This document shows, piece after piece, positions 29,911 through 39,817 of a stretch of DNA of 64,000 bases (its first letter is position 1; each line of letters starts with the position of its first letter). The position numbers and the translations under genes are program-made. This DNA comes from Syntrophomonadaceae bacterium (lineage in GTDB: Bacteria; Bacillota; Dethiobacteria; DTU022): NCBI GenBank assembly GCA_007119965.1, contig SKOR01000044.1, positions 8,270 to 72,269 on the forward strand, read 5' to 3'. The notes beneath the pieces were generated by a model. The model had not been told where the DNA came from and searched no databases. It worked only from the letters and a program-made list of their open reading frames with translations.

Positions 29911-31381
29911 TCTGAAATCACCCCCGCCCCTGTGGGTCCGGATTGTATTTTACTTTTTACTGCTATCTGCAGTGATCCTGCTGCTGTTTCAGGCCATATT
30001 TGGCTATTCACTGGAAAGGCATCTCCAGGCTTACAGCAGAGACCGGGAAGAAACCCTGAACAGCCAGATTGTAAATACCTTAATAGAGTATTATTCGGCA
30101 GCCGGCAGCTGGAGCGGAATTCAGATGCCTCTGCTTCATGCAGCCATGAGCACCGGCACCCGTTTACTACTGTCCGATGCGGAAGGGCAGCTTATTGCCG
30201 ATACCGGCCTGGGCAGACATCAGCATATGCGGATGGTGCCGGCGCAGCAGCCGGATTTATCAGGCACTGAGAACTATTACTATGTTTTAAAAGAAGGGGA
30301 TGTCACAATTGGCGAATTGACCATTGCCCACCCGGTAACGGCAGAAATCAGTATCTGGCGGCAGCAGGACTTGATACTACAAGATGCATTATCCAGATCC
30401 CTGTTGTGGACCGGCTTAATCGCGATCAGCGCTGCTCTCGTTTTAGGCGTACTGTTCTCCCGCCGGCTAACCAGCCCGCTGGAAGAGATATCCAAAGCCG
30501 CTGTCCGGATCACCAGGGGCGATTATTCCCGCCGGCTTCCCGGTTACCGGAGCCGGGAACTCAACAACCTGGCGCAGTGTTTTAACCAATTGACCCATCA
30601 CCTTCAGGAACTTGAAAAACTTCGGAAACGTTCCGTTGCCGATATCTCGCACGAACTGAGAACGCCGCTGGCTACGCTGCGCAGTTATGTCGAGGCAGTC
30701 AGAGATGGGGTGCTGCCGGCCGATGAAAATACCATGGCTGTCCTGTTGGACGAAGTTATGCACTTAAGCCGGGTGGCTGTAGCCATGGATGAACTGGCCA
30801 GCGCAGAGAGCAAACAGCAGGATCAGGCCGCCCGTGAAACGGTTAACCTGAACCGGTTTTTACAGGACAAGGTTGCTTCTTTCGAGCCTCTTTACCGGGG
30901 CAAAGGGCTGGCTCTCAAACTTAGCCTGCCGGAAAAGCAGATCAATGCTTTTCTGGATCCTGCCGCGCTGCGGAAAATTTTCGGCAACCTCCTTGAGAAT
31001 GCTTACCGTTATACCGGCCAGGGCGGAGAAGTCGAGGTGACCCTTCAGGAAAACCCGGAATATGATCCCGGGGCTGTTCCGCCCCTGGGGCAGGAATCCA
31101 TGCCTGATCAGCCAGCGGATCAGGGGTTGAAAGATATGGTGCTGATTAAGGTAAGGGATAGCGGTATCGGTATCCGGCAGGAACATCTGCCCTATATTTT
31201 TGAACGCTTCTTCCGGGCCGATTCTTCCCGGGAAAGGGAGCAGAGCAGGGCCGGTTCCGGAATCGGTCTGTCCCTGGTCAGGGAGTTAACCAGGTTAGCC
31301 GGCGGGTTTATCTCCGTCAGCAGCCAACCCGGCCAGGGCACAACATTCTACCTGTACCTGGAGCAGCAAAACAGGTTATGA
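29897..31381 (+). CDS. sensor histidine kinase (TM-sensor-HAMP-HisKA-HATPase)
   Basis: The H-box is 'SHELRTPL', the N-box 'LLENAYRY' and the G-boxes 'DSGIGI' and 'GSGIGLSL'. It overlaps the RR gene by 14 nt. Confidence 0.9.
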   Translation: MKKIDLKSPPPLWVRIVFYFLLLSAVILLLFQAIFGYSLERHLQAYSRDREETLNSQIVNTLIEYYSAAGSWSGIQMPLLHAAMSTGTRLLLSDAEGQLIADTGLGRHQHMRMVPAQQPDLSGTENYYYVLKEGDVTIGELTIAHPVTAEISIWRQQDLILQDALSRSLLWTGLIAISAALVLGVLFSRRLTSPLEEISKAAVRITRGDYSRRLPGYRSRELNNLAQCFNQLTHHLQELEKLRKRSVADISHELRTPLATLRSYVEAVRDGVLPADENTMAVLLDEVMHLSRVAVAMDELASAESKQQDQAARETVNLNRFLQDKVASFEPLYRGKGLALKLSLPEKQINAFLDPAALRKIFGNLLENAYRYTGQGGEVEVTLQENPEYDPGAVPPLGQESMPDQPADQGLKDMVLIKVRDSGIGIRQEHLPYIFERFFRADSSREREQSRAGSGIGLSLVRELTRLAGGFISVSSQPGQGTTFYLYLEQQNRL

Positions 31382-31409
31382 TCAACATAATGGAGGCAGT
31401 TGAACAAAA

Positions 31410-31601
31410 ATGGATGGAACGAAAAAAACCGGCCTGAAAATTGGCAGCAAAGTAAAGATTGTCCAAAAGCAGGATCAAAACAGCGGCGTCCTTACCGAAG
31501 GGACAGTGAAGGCTATTCTAACCAAATCAACGAACCACCCGCATGGCATAAAGGTGCGGTTGGAGAGCGGCGAGGTCGGCAGGGTTAAAACAATCATTTG
31601 A
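31410..31601 (+). CDS. YwbE-family (DUF2196) small protein
   Basis: The 63-aa product 'GSKVKIVQKQDQNSGVLTEGTVKAILTKS..HPHGIKVRLESGEVGRVK' matches the YwbE pattern. The overlapping ORF at 31400..31588 is rejected. Confidence 0.65.
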   Translation: MDGTKKTGLKIGSKVKIVQKQDQNSGVLTEGTVKAILTKSTNHPHGIKVRLESGEVGRVKTII

Positions 31602-31660
31602 TCGGGCGGTAATGCTTCCGGGCAGTACGGGTAAAAATATGAAGAATTAGTTTGTTGGGT

Positions 31661-32815
31661 TTATTCATTGTCCCGTTTAACTGCCGACAGCCAATCATCG
31701 ATCAGTTCCCAAACCTCTTCATTTTCCAGCCCGCGCCTCCAGCCGGCAATACCGGCGAGCTCATAGCGATGAGCTAATTCGAGGCGATAACTGATTGATG
31801 TGGTATCTTCGAGCCACATTTTATAGGTCAGGCCATCTTTCGAGTAGCTTGCAGTGTTCTGCCGGGCTTCTCCGTCCCACTCAATTTCAGCTTCATTGTC
31901 CTCAATAATGTCTTCCGCCCTGTGCATGGAGTAGGACCAGCTGTTGAGGACTGCCGGTTGTTCGCCCGATTCGTCAATTTCCCACAGGCGGGTGTAAAAG
32001 GGGATCCCCAGGATTAGTTTTTCAGGGGGCACCTCTTTTAAGACCTGCCTGAGGCCGCTTTCCACCCAGGGCAAAGAAGCAACAGAACCGGCTACTGGTG
32101 AGGAAGCCCAGTGTTCATCGTAAGCCATCAGGATGATGTAGTCTGCCGCTTCAGCCAGGGCGGCGCGGTCGTAGCCGAGGCTCCAGTATGCTGAAGTCGA
32201 GAGCATGGTTACATCAACCGAGAGGATGATGTTTTCTTCGCGGCAGCGCTCTGCCATTTCGCTAATGAATTCAGTGAACAGATCACGGTAATCGGCATGG
32301 AAGTTTTCGAAATCAATATTCAGCCCCTCCAAGTCATATTCAAGGGCCAGGCCAATAAGTTCTTCAACGATATTTTGCCTCACCTCTTCGTTGCTGAGAA
32401 AGGCTGCAGTAATTTCAGGATCAAAGTTGTTGGTAACCAGGGCCCAGATGTCGTAACCGCGTTCCCTGGCCCAGGCGAGGTATTCACTGTCAAACTGGCT
32501 GCTTATGGTGCCCTCTTGATCTGTAATGTGGAACCAGGTCGGTGAGACAATTTGGACAGAAGGCATCGGGCCGATTGATGCAGGGTCATACCCGATTGCA
32601 GCATACTCCCAGGTGATAACCAGCGGATCGGGCCGTTCAGGTTTGTCGTTTTCCAGATCCTGCTGTGGCGATTCGACCGGGGCAGCGACGTTGTAGGCGT
32701 AGTAGGCCCCTGTAGAAAGGACTGCCAGGGCAAAAATGATCACTGCCAAGCTAATTAGTTTTTGGTTTATAAAAAACGGGCGGTTATTGCGTCTCCTCTT
32801 TCCAGGTAGTGTCAA
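31661..32815 (-). CDS. glycoside hydrolase family 18 protein (YdhD/YaaH-like spore peptidoglycan hydrolase type), membrane-anchored
   Basis: It has an N-terminal TM anchor. 'LEGLNIDFENF' matches the GH18 DxxDxDxE catalytic motif. The (beta/alpha)8 pattern is present. Confidence 0.75.
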   Translation of the reverse strand: MTLPGKRRRNNRPFFINQKLISLAVIIFALAVLSTGAYYAYNVAAPVESPQQDLENDKPERPDPLVITWEYAAIGYDPASIGPMPSVQIVSPTWFHITDQEGTISSQFDSEYLAWARERGYDIWALVTNNFDPEITAAFLSNEEVRQNIVEELIGLALEYDLEGLNIDFENFHADYRDLFTEFISEMAERCREENIILSVDVTMLSTSAYWSLGYDRAALAEAADYIILMAYDEHWASSPVAGSVASLPWVESGLRQVLKEVPPEKLILGIPFYTRLWEIDESGEQPAVLNSWSYSMHRAEDIIEDNEAEIEWDGEARQNTASYSKDGLTYKMWLEDTTSISYRLELAHRYELAGIAGWRRGLENEEVWELIDDWLSAVKRDNE

Positions 32816-33177
32816 CGTAAGAATCCCTCCGGTGTCCTGCTGTGAATAATCTTTGTATCTGCTGCTCGTCTCATCAGGGCTCTGCAGGTTAGCTGAGCAG
32901 GTGCTAATTTTTTAAAGTATAGCACAACCCGGGGCTTTGCTGAAACAAAATACCCGGCTGCCTGATCCGGAAGCCACTAATTTACAGGATGATCGATTAG
33001 CCTGTGCAGGGTAAATTTTTCTGCTTGCAGGTACGCATGATCATAGCTTTGCCGGTCAGAACTGCAGTGAGGAGGTCCCCGGGACGCTGTTTTTTTTAAG
33101 GACAACGCTATTAAAAACTGTTTGCTGCAAAGTTGATTTCTTATAAAGGATGTAAATGTCTGCTGCAGCTGCTTTTG

Positions 33178-33207
33178 TTGAAGGCAAGGGTGTTTTAAGT
33201 GTATAAT
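33178..33207 (+). promoter_or_regulatory. sigma-A-like promoter TTGAAG-N18-TATAAT for cysE
   Basis: TTGAAG is at 33178-33183 and TATAAT at 33202-33207. Confidence 0.5.
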
Positions 33208-33230
33208 TTGAATGTAAATATTTCTATTGA

Positions 33231-33263
33231 GAACGTTCGAATGATGATAAAACCGTTCGATTT
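33231..33263 (+). promoter_or_regulatory. direct-repeat candidate operator (AACGTTCGAAT ... ACCGTTCGATT, 20-bp periodicity) in cysE 5' UTR
   Basis: Two 11-mers share 9/11 nt and sit two helical turns apart, between the -10 and the cysE start. Confidence 0.3.
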
Positions 33264-33277
33264 GTTTGGAGGGATAG

Positions 33278-34261
33278 TTGATGGCAGACCATGGCAAAAA
33301 AAGTGACACCAGTTGCCTCACCGAAGAAGAAATCCTGGCAGGCTATCGGAAAAAGCTGCCCGGGGTAGTAAAAAAGATTATCGAAAATTGCAGCCAGCAG
33401 AAATGTAACAGCCACGTTGATTATGAACCGATTCCATCTAAGGAATCTGTGGTAAACATAATCAACAAGTTCATGGAAATCATATTCCCGGGTTATTTTA
33501 ATCCTGAAAAGCTTGACCCTGTTAATTTGCACTACACTATCGGGCAGGATGTTACACAGCTCTACATGATGCTTTCCGAGCAGGTGATCAGCAGCATCCG
33601 GCACGATTGTATCCGTTACAACCTGACCTGCCGGGAGTGTATAGATTCCGGTTACGACATCACCCTTAATGTTCTGAAACAAATTCCGGCGGTTCGGGAC
33701 ACCATGGAAGCAGACGTTAAAGCTGCATATGAGGGGGATCCTGCTTCACGGAGCTATGATGAAATTATTTTCAGCTATCCCGGTATTTTCGCCATTACCG
33801 TTTACCGGGTAGCAAACCTGCTCTACAGGCAAGAGGTACCGCTTTTGCCCAGGATTATGACCGAACATGCGCACGGTCAAACCGGTATCGACATCCACCC
33901 GGGGGCTGATATTGCCGAACGCTTTGTGATTGATCATGGTACCGGGGTCGTGATCGGTGAAACGACCACAATCGGTAAAGATGTCCGAATCTACCAGGGC
34001 GTAACTTTAGGCGCTCTATCCCTGCCCCGCGGTGCAGGTGATAAATACCGGGGCCGGAAGCGCCACCCCGATATTGAAGACGACGTGATTATATACTCGG
34101 GGGCGACAATTCTTGGAGGCAATACAACCATCGGTGCAAGGTCCGTAATTGGCGGCAATGTCTGGCTGACCGATTCGGTGCCGCCGGATACGCAGGTAAT
34201 CATGGAAACGCCTCAGCTCATTTATAAGCAGGGTCCGGGGGAAGGCAATTCTAACAGGTAA
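33278..34261 (+). CDS. cysE: serine O-acetyltransferase (long form)
   Basis: It has a SATase N-terminal domain and left-handed beta-helix hexapeptide repeats ('IHPGADIAERFVIDHGTGVVIGETTTIGKDVRIYQGVTLG'). Confidence 0.85.
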   Translation: MMADHGKKSDTSCLTEEEILAGYRKKLPGVVKKIIENCSQQKCNSHVDYEPIPSKESVVNIINKFMEIIFPGYFNPEKLDPVNLHYTIGQDVTQLYMMLSEQVISSIRHDCIRYNLTCRECIDSGYDITLNVLKQIPAVRDTMEADVKAAYEGDPASRSYDEIIFSYPGIFAITVYRVANLLYRQEVPLLPRIMTEHAHGQTGIDIHPGADIAERFVIDHGTGVVIGETTTIGKDVRIYQGVTLGALSLPRGAGDKYRGRKRHPDIEDDVIIYSGATILGGNTTIGARSVIGGNVWLTDSVPPDTQVIMETPQLIYKQGPGEGNSNR

Positions 34262-34459
34262 ACTGATCCGTTAATCTGTAACTGCTGCTTTTCTCAGCAG
34301 GGGAAAAGATCTATAATAACAATTAGAGCTCTGCAGGTTAAATAAAAGAAGAATATCGGAAAAACAGTCGGCGGCCCTGCCAACTCAAACATGGAATAAG
34401 CATTGATCAAGATGCCGCCTGCCCCGGCTCAAACAAACCAAACGGAGGCTTGATGATCA

Positions 34460-34651
34460 ATGTGCATGGTTACGCTGTACAGGGGAAGCGTCAAAGAGGA
34501 AAACAAGCTGGCTGAAAAAGTAACCAGGTATTCACTGAACATTTCCAATAAGAAGCTGACTGTTCACCCCATGCTCAAAGAGCCGCAGGTATTTGAAATT
34601 GAAAAAAATATAAGCTGGGATGAAGCTAATGACTCCATGATTATCGAATAA
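34460..34651 (+). CDS. hypothetical small protein (63 aa)
   Basis: GGAGG lies 11 nt upstream of the ATG. There is no recognisable motif. Confidence 0.25.
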   Translation: MCMVTLYRGSVKEENKLAEKVTRYSLNISNKKLTVHPMLKEPQVFEIEKNISWDEANDSMIIE

Positions 34652-34937
34652 TATTCAGGGAGCCAGGTTGCCTGCCCCACCATTGAACCCCTCTGCCGGA
34701 TTTATTGACCAGCCAGGGAAACCCTTTTTCCGTGACCGGCAAATACTAACCAGGCTTTTCAAACCGAAATGGATGCAATGATCAGCGAAGGTGTAAAAAA
34801 CTGATCCTGAAAAATGATCAAAGAGACTGCAGTTAGTAAGACGAGAAAATGGCTGGATAATAATGCATGGCAGAGGATGGCCATCTACTGTTGGTAAATA
34901 TAGTGATTTTCTACAGGATTGCAGGGTCAGGGGAAGA

Positions 34938-35426
34938 TCAGAAGAACAAAAGATCAACAGCGTGGGCGATAAGCCCGGCCAGGATGCAAAAAAGAAACCC
35001 CAGGGCCATCCGCAATGCGGTGAATCTGATGCCTAAGAAGCTGCTTTCAAAAGGTATTTTTGAGAGGCCCAGGTAGGTCCATCCGACAAGCAGCGCCACG
35101 GTTGTCCCGAGGCCGGCGCCGGCATGGTAGATGGTAGCTATGATCGGGTAGGAAGCATAAGGCCCGAAAGCCATCAGCATTCCGCCAAAAGTGCCGAGCA
35201 TAATTCCAGTAAATCCGGCTTCCTGGGCCAGCCAGCGTCTGATAAATTCTTCCGGGATTATAACTTCCAGCAGGCCGGCCAGCAGCATGGCCAGGAGAAT
35301 AACCGGCAGGGCAAGAGTAAGCTGCCTGAAGCTGCTTTTTAAGCCGGCCCAGTGCCTGCCGCTCCGCAAATTGATCATAAAAAGGATTACGGCCAGGATT
35401 AAAAAAACTATAGTCGGTATTGTCAT
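34938..35426 (-). CDS. predicted permease, C-terminal half-subunit (DUF318/UPF0718-like two-component membrane permease)
   Basis: It has 4-5 TM helices. 'FGGMLMAFGPYASYPI' is homologous to 'AGGLFPGGPYIFYPF' in the upstream subunit. It overlaps the upstream gene by 4 nt. Confidence 0.55.
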   Translation of the reverse strand: MTIPTIVFLILAVILFMINLRSGRHWAGLKSSFRQLTLALPVILLAMLLAGLLEVIIPEEFIRRWLAQEAGFTGIMLGTFGGMLMAFGPYASYPIIATIYHAGAGLGTTVALLVGWTYLGLSKIPFESSFLGIRFTALRMALGFLFCILAGLIAHAVDLLFF

Positions 35427-35971
35427 TGCCGGCCGCCCTTCTCCCGGTTTTCGCCGCTAAATCCATCAGGTAGAAAGCGCCTGATGAGCAAACCCATGAC
35501 AAATGGGAAGGGAAGGGTAATGATATTTCTTAAGAGAGCCAGGCCAGGGGTGGTCAGGCTGATTTCCAGGGGCAGGCGGGTAAAGTCATAGTTCTGTTTG
35601 CCGACTACGAATGAAAAAATCAGGTAGAATGGAATACTTTTATCTTTAAACCCGGCCAGGAAAGGGTAGAAGATATATGGACCGCCCGGGAAGAGGCCGC
35701 CAGCGATGGAACTCATGGCGATACTCTTGCTGCCTGAATACTTATCCAACCACTGTTTGATCATCTCCGAAGAAATCAGTACCTGCAGCTGGCCGATCAC
35801 GATAAAGGCGACAATTATAAGCAGGAAGGCCCGCATTGCCGTCCGGCCGGCCTGGGCCAGGCCTTCAGCAACAAGCCCGGTTCCCCCAAGAGAATAGACT
35901 GCCACTAAGACAAGCAGCACGGCTGTTAACAGGATAAAGGCAGTTTTTTTCACTAAGCGCCCGGCCTCCAA
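35423..35971 (-). CDS. predicted permease, N-terminal half-subunit (DUF318/UPF0718-like)
   Basis: It is the translationally coupled partner of 34938..35426 and shares the internal-repeat motif. Confidence 0.55.
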   Translation of the reverse strand: MEAGRLVKKTAFILLTAVLLVLVAVYSLGGTGLVAEGLAQAGRTAMRAFLLIIVAFIVIGQLQVLISSEMIKQWLDKYSGSKSIAMSSIAGGLFPGGPYIFYPFLAGFKDKSIPFYLIFSFVVGKQNYDFTRLPLEISLTTPGLALLRNIITLPFPFVMGLLIRRFLPDGFSGENREKGGRQ

Positions 35972-36242
35972 TCTCTATGGATAGGAATTTCTACGCTGCC
36001 GGCCCGTTTCCTCTTCTCAACCCTAAAGTTCCATTCCGGGAAAGGAGACAGGGGAAAGGGGACAGGCAGGCAGTCCCACCGCTAATTGCCAGAAAGGGGC
36101 ACTCGGCCTGCCTCTTTCTCACCGGCACCCTGTGCCCTGCCGGCAGCCTTTCCCGTGCAGTTTGACAATTAGATGCCCGCCGGCAGGGAAAAGGCGATTA
36201 ATGTTGAATACACTAGAAAATAATCAGGACAGGAAGCCGATT

Positions 36243-37253
36243 ATGTCGACTATCGATGATATCGCCCGCCTGGCGGGAGTTTCCGGTGCTACTGTATCGA
36301 GGGTGATCAATAATGCGCCGAATGTTAAACCGGAAACCCGGCAAAGGGTTCAAAAAGCAATTGCTGAGCTAAACTACTACCCAAACAGCCTGGCCCGAAG
36401 CATGAGAAGTAAAAAGACCAACAGTATTGGCCTGCTTCTGGCTGATATTACCAACCCCTTTTACGCCGAAACCGCTAAAACGATCATTGAGATAGCGGGG
36501 AGGCACAACTATTCCATTATCCTCTGCACCACCAATAACGATATAAACGAACAGCAAAAATATATCAATGTCTTGCTGCAGAGGAAGGTTGACGGTTTTA
36601 TCTTTGCTTCCGTGCACTGGAAAGATTCTTCGCTGCAGGAAGTTGTCTCCAGCGGCCTGCCCTATATACTCTATAACCGCAAGGCGGAAAAAAGCGCCGA
36701 CCTCAATTACGTTGTCCTCGATAACGAACTGGGAGCTTTTATGGCAGTTGAGCACCTCTACAACCTGGGCCACCGCAGGATAGCGATGATTCGCGGCCCG
36801 CATTCCTTCTCCACGGGCAGGGAAAGGGTGAGCGGTTATATGAAGGGCCTGAAACATTTCGGCCTATCCTATGACCAGGAAATCGTGGTCCAGGGGAAGT
36901 ACAGCGAACAGCAGTCGTTCGAAGCTGCTATAAAACTGCTCAAAGCCGACAATCCGCCCACGGCAATCTTTGCGTCCAATGATCTGATGGCACTCAGTGC
37001 TTTTGATGCCATAGTTTCCTCTGGCCTGAGAATTCCAGAAGATATTTCCCTGGTCGGTTTTGATGATATCGAGATTGCCTCCCACAAGGCAATTGAGCTT
37101 ACTACGGTATCCCAGAACAGGAACATGATGGCAGAGATAGCTATAGTGAGCCTGCATAAGATGATCCGGAATGATGATCTTCAACTGCCGGTCCAGGTCG
37201 TTCTCAGGCCGAAACTGGCTGCCAGAAAGACCTCCGGGAAACTGCTTCGTTAA
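36243..37253 (+). CDS. LacI-family transcriptional regulator
   Basis: The HTH is 'MSTIDDIARLAGVSGATVSRVINN'. It is followed by a periplasmic-binding-protein-like sugar-binding domain. The start is the ATG at 36243 rather than the track start at 36132. Confidence 0.85.
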   Translation: MSTIDDIARLAGVSGATVSRVINNAPNVKPETRQRVQKAIAELNYYPNSLARSMRSKKTNSIGLLLADITNPFYAETAKTIIEIAGRHNYSIILCTTNNDINEQQKYINVLLQRKVDGFIFASVHWKDSSLQEVVSSGLPYILYNRKAEKSADLNYVVLDNELGAFMAVEHLYNLGHRRIAMIRGPHSFSTGRERVSGYMKGLKHFGLSYDQEIVVQGKYSEQQSFEAAIKLLKADNPPTAIFASNDLMALSAFDAIVSSGLRIPEDISLVGFDDIEIASHKAIELTTVSQNRNMMAEIAIVSLHKMIRNDDLQLPVQVVLRPKLAARKTSGKLLR

Positions 37254-37319
37254 AACAAATATATTATCCACAAAAGAAGGGATAATTTAATTTGCATAGA
37301 ATATTTAAATTAGAAAAAA

Positions 37320-37333
37320 TGTAAACGTTTACA
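37320..37333. promoter_or_regulatory. perfect 14-bp cre/LacI-family operator TGTAAACGTTTACA
   Basis: It matches TGWAANCGNTNWCA at 14/14. It lies in the AT-rich region between the LacI gene and the AOR operon. Confidence 0.6.
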
Positions 37334-37427
37334 TAATTAGCTCCATTAGAACATTATGTTCATTGAGCAATTGCCTTAAAACGGCTTCATTACGGTTAAT
37401 ATTACTCTAATTTCACATGTAAACGAT

Positions 37428-37441
37428 TACAACACTTAAAA
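37428..37441. promoter_or_regulatory. second cre/LacI-type operator TGTAAACGATTACA
   Basis: It matches the same consensus, 108 bp downstream of the first site and just upstream of the MoaD-like/AOR genes. Confidence 0.55.
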
Positions 37442-37445
37442 GGGC

Positions 37446-37730
37446 ATGTTTAGTGACATTAAGTTTATTTTGGCAAATACCATCATTTGTTTGGAGGGGC
37501 GGCCGATCATAACAGTCAGATTTATAAGCGCCCTGCAGGATTACGTGCCTGCCGCAGAAGTAAAAGTCAAGTATTATCCCGGGCTTACGGTCAGGACAAT
37601 CCTGGAAGAGTATAAACTACCGGCCGGGCAGGTGGGCCTGGTGCTGGTTGATCAGAAAGCAGAAACCGTAGACTGCGCTCTTAAAGACAATTCGACAGTT
37701 GAACTCTACCCTATTTTCGGAGGAGGCTGA
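37446..37730 (+). CDS. MoaD/ThiS-family small sulfur-carrier-like protein (ends in Gly-Gly)
   Basis: The C-terminus '...VELYPIFGGG' is a beta-grasp with a diglycine end. It is immediately upstream of AOR, a common arrangement. The true start is probably internal. Confidence 0.6.
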   Translation: MFSDIKFILANTIICLEGRPIITVRFISALQDYVPAAEVKVKYYPGLTVRTILEEYKLPAGQVGLVLVDQKAETVDCALKDNSTVELYPIFGGG

Positions 37731-37732
37731 GC

Positions 37733-39604
37733 ATGAGTTATAACGGAAAAATACTGAAGGTTAACCTTTCATCAGCGGAAGTAGAGATTGAAAAAAAGGA
37801 GGAAGATTTTTACCGGCGCTATTTCGGCGGTCACGGAATCGGCCTGTATTACCTTTTGAATGAATCCGGGGAAGAAACCGATCCCCTCGGGCCGGACAAC
37901 CCCCTGGTATTTGCTCCCGGCCTTTTAACCGGTCAAAGGATCCCGGCCGTACCCCGCTACATTGTCATGGCAAAATCACCGCTGACCAATGCGCTGGGTA
38001 AGTCGGAAGCCGGAGGTTGGTGGGGGCCCGAGTTAAAAAAAGCCGGCTTTGATGCAATTGTGATTACCGGGGCATCGCCGAAACCGGTTTACCTCTGGAT
38101 TAAGGACGGCCAGGTGGAAATCAGGGATGCGACCCACCTTTGGGGCCGTGAAACCGGGGAAACGCAGGATGGAATCCGGGAGGAATTGGATGACAAACGG
38201 ATCCAGGTAGCCCAGATTGGCCCTGCCGGGGAAAACCAGGTCCTCTACGCCAATATTGTCAACAACCTGGCTCACTTTAACGGGCGAAACGGCCTTGGCG
38301 CCGTGATGGGTGCCAAGAATCTCAAGGCCATAGCAGTGCGCGGAACGGCAGCCCCGGAAGCAGAAAACGCTGAGCAGTTAAAAGAAATATTTAGCTGGGC
38401 TGTCGATAATATCAGTGAGCACCCCCTCGGCTCCATGCTCCACAAACATGGCACCCCGGGAGGAATAAAGACGGTCAACGCCCAGGGCGGCCTGCCGACA
38501 AACAACTTCGCACTCGGAGTCTGTGATGATGCCGAAGAGCTTGCCTCAGAGCAGTACAGCCTGAAGCCAAAAGGTTGTTACGCCTGTCCGGTGGTGTGCA
38601 AGAGAGTGGTGGAAATTAATGAGGGCGAAATAAAAGTTGACAGGAGATATGGTGGCCCGGAATATGAGACCCTGGCGGCTATCGGTTCAAACTGCGGCAT
38701 TAGCGATCTGAAGATAGTAGCCAAGGCTAACGAATTGTGCAACCGTTATACCCTGGATACCATCTCGCTTGGCATGACCATTTCTTTCGCCATGAGGTGT
38801 TTCGAAGAAGGCATTATCGGTACTGAAGATACTGACGGCCTGGAGCTTAAGTTTGGCAATAAAGAAGTTATTCTGCCCCTGGTTGAGAAAATTGCCCGGC
38901 GGGAAGGTTTTGGTGACTTGCTTTCCCGGGGAAGCAGGCGGGCGGCCGAAGTATTCGGCCCTGAAAGCGAGAAGTTCCTGGTCGAAGTAAAGGGCCAGGA
39001 AGCGCCCATGCACGATCCGCGGATAAAAAGCGGTCTCGGACTGCAGTATGCCCTTTCGGTTAACGGTGCCGATCACTGGTATGCCCAGCATGATCCTTTC
39101 TTTGCAACTGCCGATGGTTTTGGCGTCATAGAAATGTCGGCTCTCGGCATCACGGAACCGGTTGAACCGCTTGATACCGGCGCCTCCAAGGTCAGGATGA
39201 TTTTTTATACCAGCCTCCTCAACAGCGCTTACGATGTGCTCGGGGTATGCATGTTTGGCTATGTCGCCCGCAGCCTGATTCCCCTGGACAAACTTGCCGC
39301 TGCTGTGAAAGCGGCAACAGGTTGGAACACAAGCTGGTGGGAAATGATCAAGGCCGGGGAAAGGGCCCTGGCCATGGCCCGGGAGTATAACCGCCGGCAG
39401 GGTTTGGCAGCCGCCGATGACAGGCTGCCCCGGTTATTCTACAGTTTTCTTGAAAAAGGGCCGTTTGGTGGAAAGATAACCCTGGAAAAAGAACAGTTTG
39501 AAGCGGCGGTGGCTTTATACTACGGTATGGCCGGTTGGACTGCTGAAGGCGGAGTCACTGAAAGCAAGCTTGAAGAGTTGGGACTTGCCTGGCTTAATCA
39601 GTAG
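37733..39604 (+). CDS. aor: tungsten-containing aldehyde:ferredoxin oxidoreductase (AOR family)
   Basis: The 623-aa product has the N-terminal AFOR_N domain ('GKILKVNLSS', 'GGHGIGLYYL'). 'CYACPVVCKR' is a Cys cluster for the 4Fe-4S centre. The C-terminal AFOR_C domain is present. Confidence 0.9.
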   Translation: MSYNGKILKVNLSSAEVEIEKKEEDFYRRYFGGHGIGLYYLLNESGEETDPLGPDNPLVFAPGLLTGQRIPAVPRYIVMAKSPLTNALGKSEAGGWWGPELKKAGFDAIVITGASPKPVYLWIKDGQVEIRDATHLWGRETGETQDGIREELDDKRIQVAQIGPAGENQVLYANIVNNLAHFNGRNGLGAVMGAKNLKAIAVRGTAAPEAENAEQLKEIFSWAVDNISEHPLGSMLHKHGTPGGIKTVNAQGGLPTNNFALGVCDDAEELASEQYSLKPKGCYACPVVCKRVVEINEGEIKVDRRYGGPEYETLAAIGSNCGISDLKIVAKANELCNRYTLDTISLGMTISFAMRCFEEGIIGTEDTDGLELKFGNKEVILPLVEKIARREGFGDLLSRGSRRAAEVFGPESEKFLVEVKGQEAPMHDPRIKSGLGLQYALSVNGADHWYAQHDPFFATADGFGVIEMSALGITEPVEPLDTGASKVRMIFYTSLLNSAYDVLGVCMFGYVARSLIPLDKLAAAVKAATGWNTSWWEMIKAGERALAMAREYNRRQGLAAADDRLPRLFYSFLEKGPFGGKITLEKEQFEAAVALYYGMAGWTAEGGVTESKLEELGLAWLNQ

Positions 39605-39817
39605 TAAAGCAAGAATAGCCCTACAGGGAATGCTTTCTTAGAGATATAGACGATTACATCATGCCGCAGCTTACAACTTAGAACTGCACCAAGATAAATG
39701 AAGCTTTAAACATCAAGATCAGGCAACCAGATTAGATCATCAAGAATGGTGTAATCGTCTATGTTAAATCTGAAAAGGGTAAAGAAATTTATTAATCAAG
39801 AAAGGAGCTGTGTGGTT

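Noticed and set aside
31400-31588. 62-aa ORF overlapping YwbE in another frame
   Set aside because: The 31410..31601 frame matches the YwbE family pattern.
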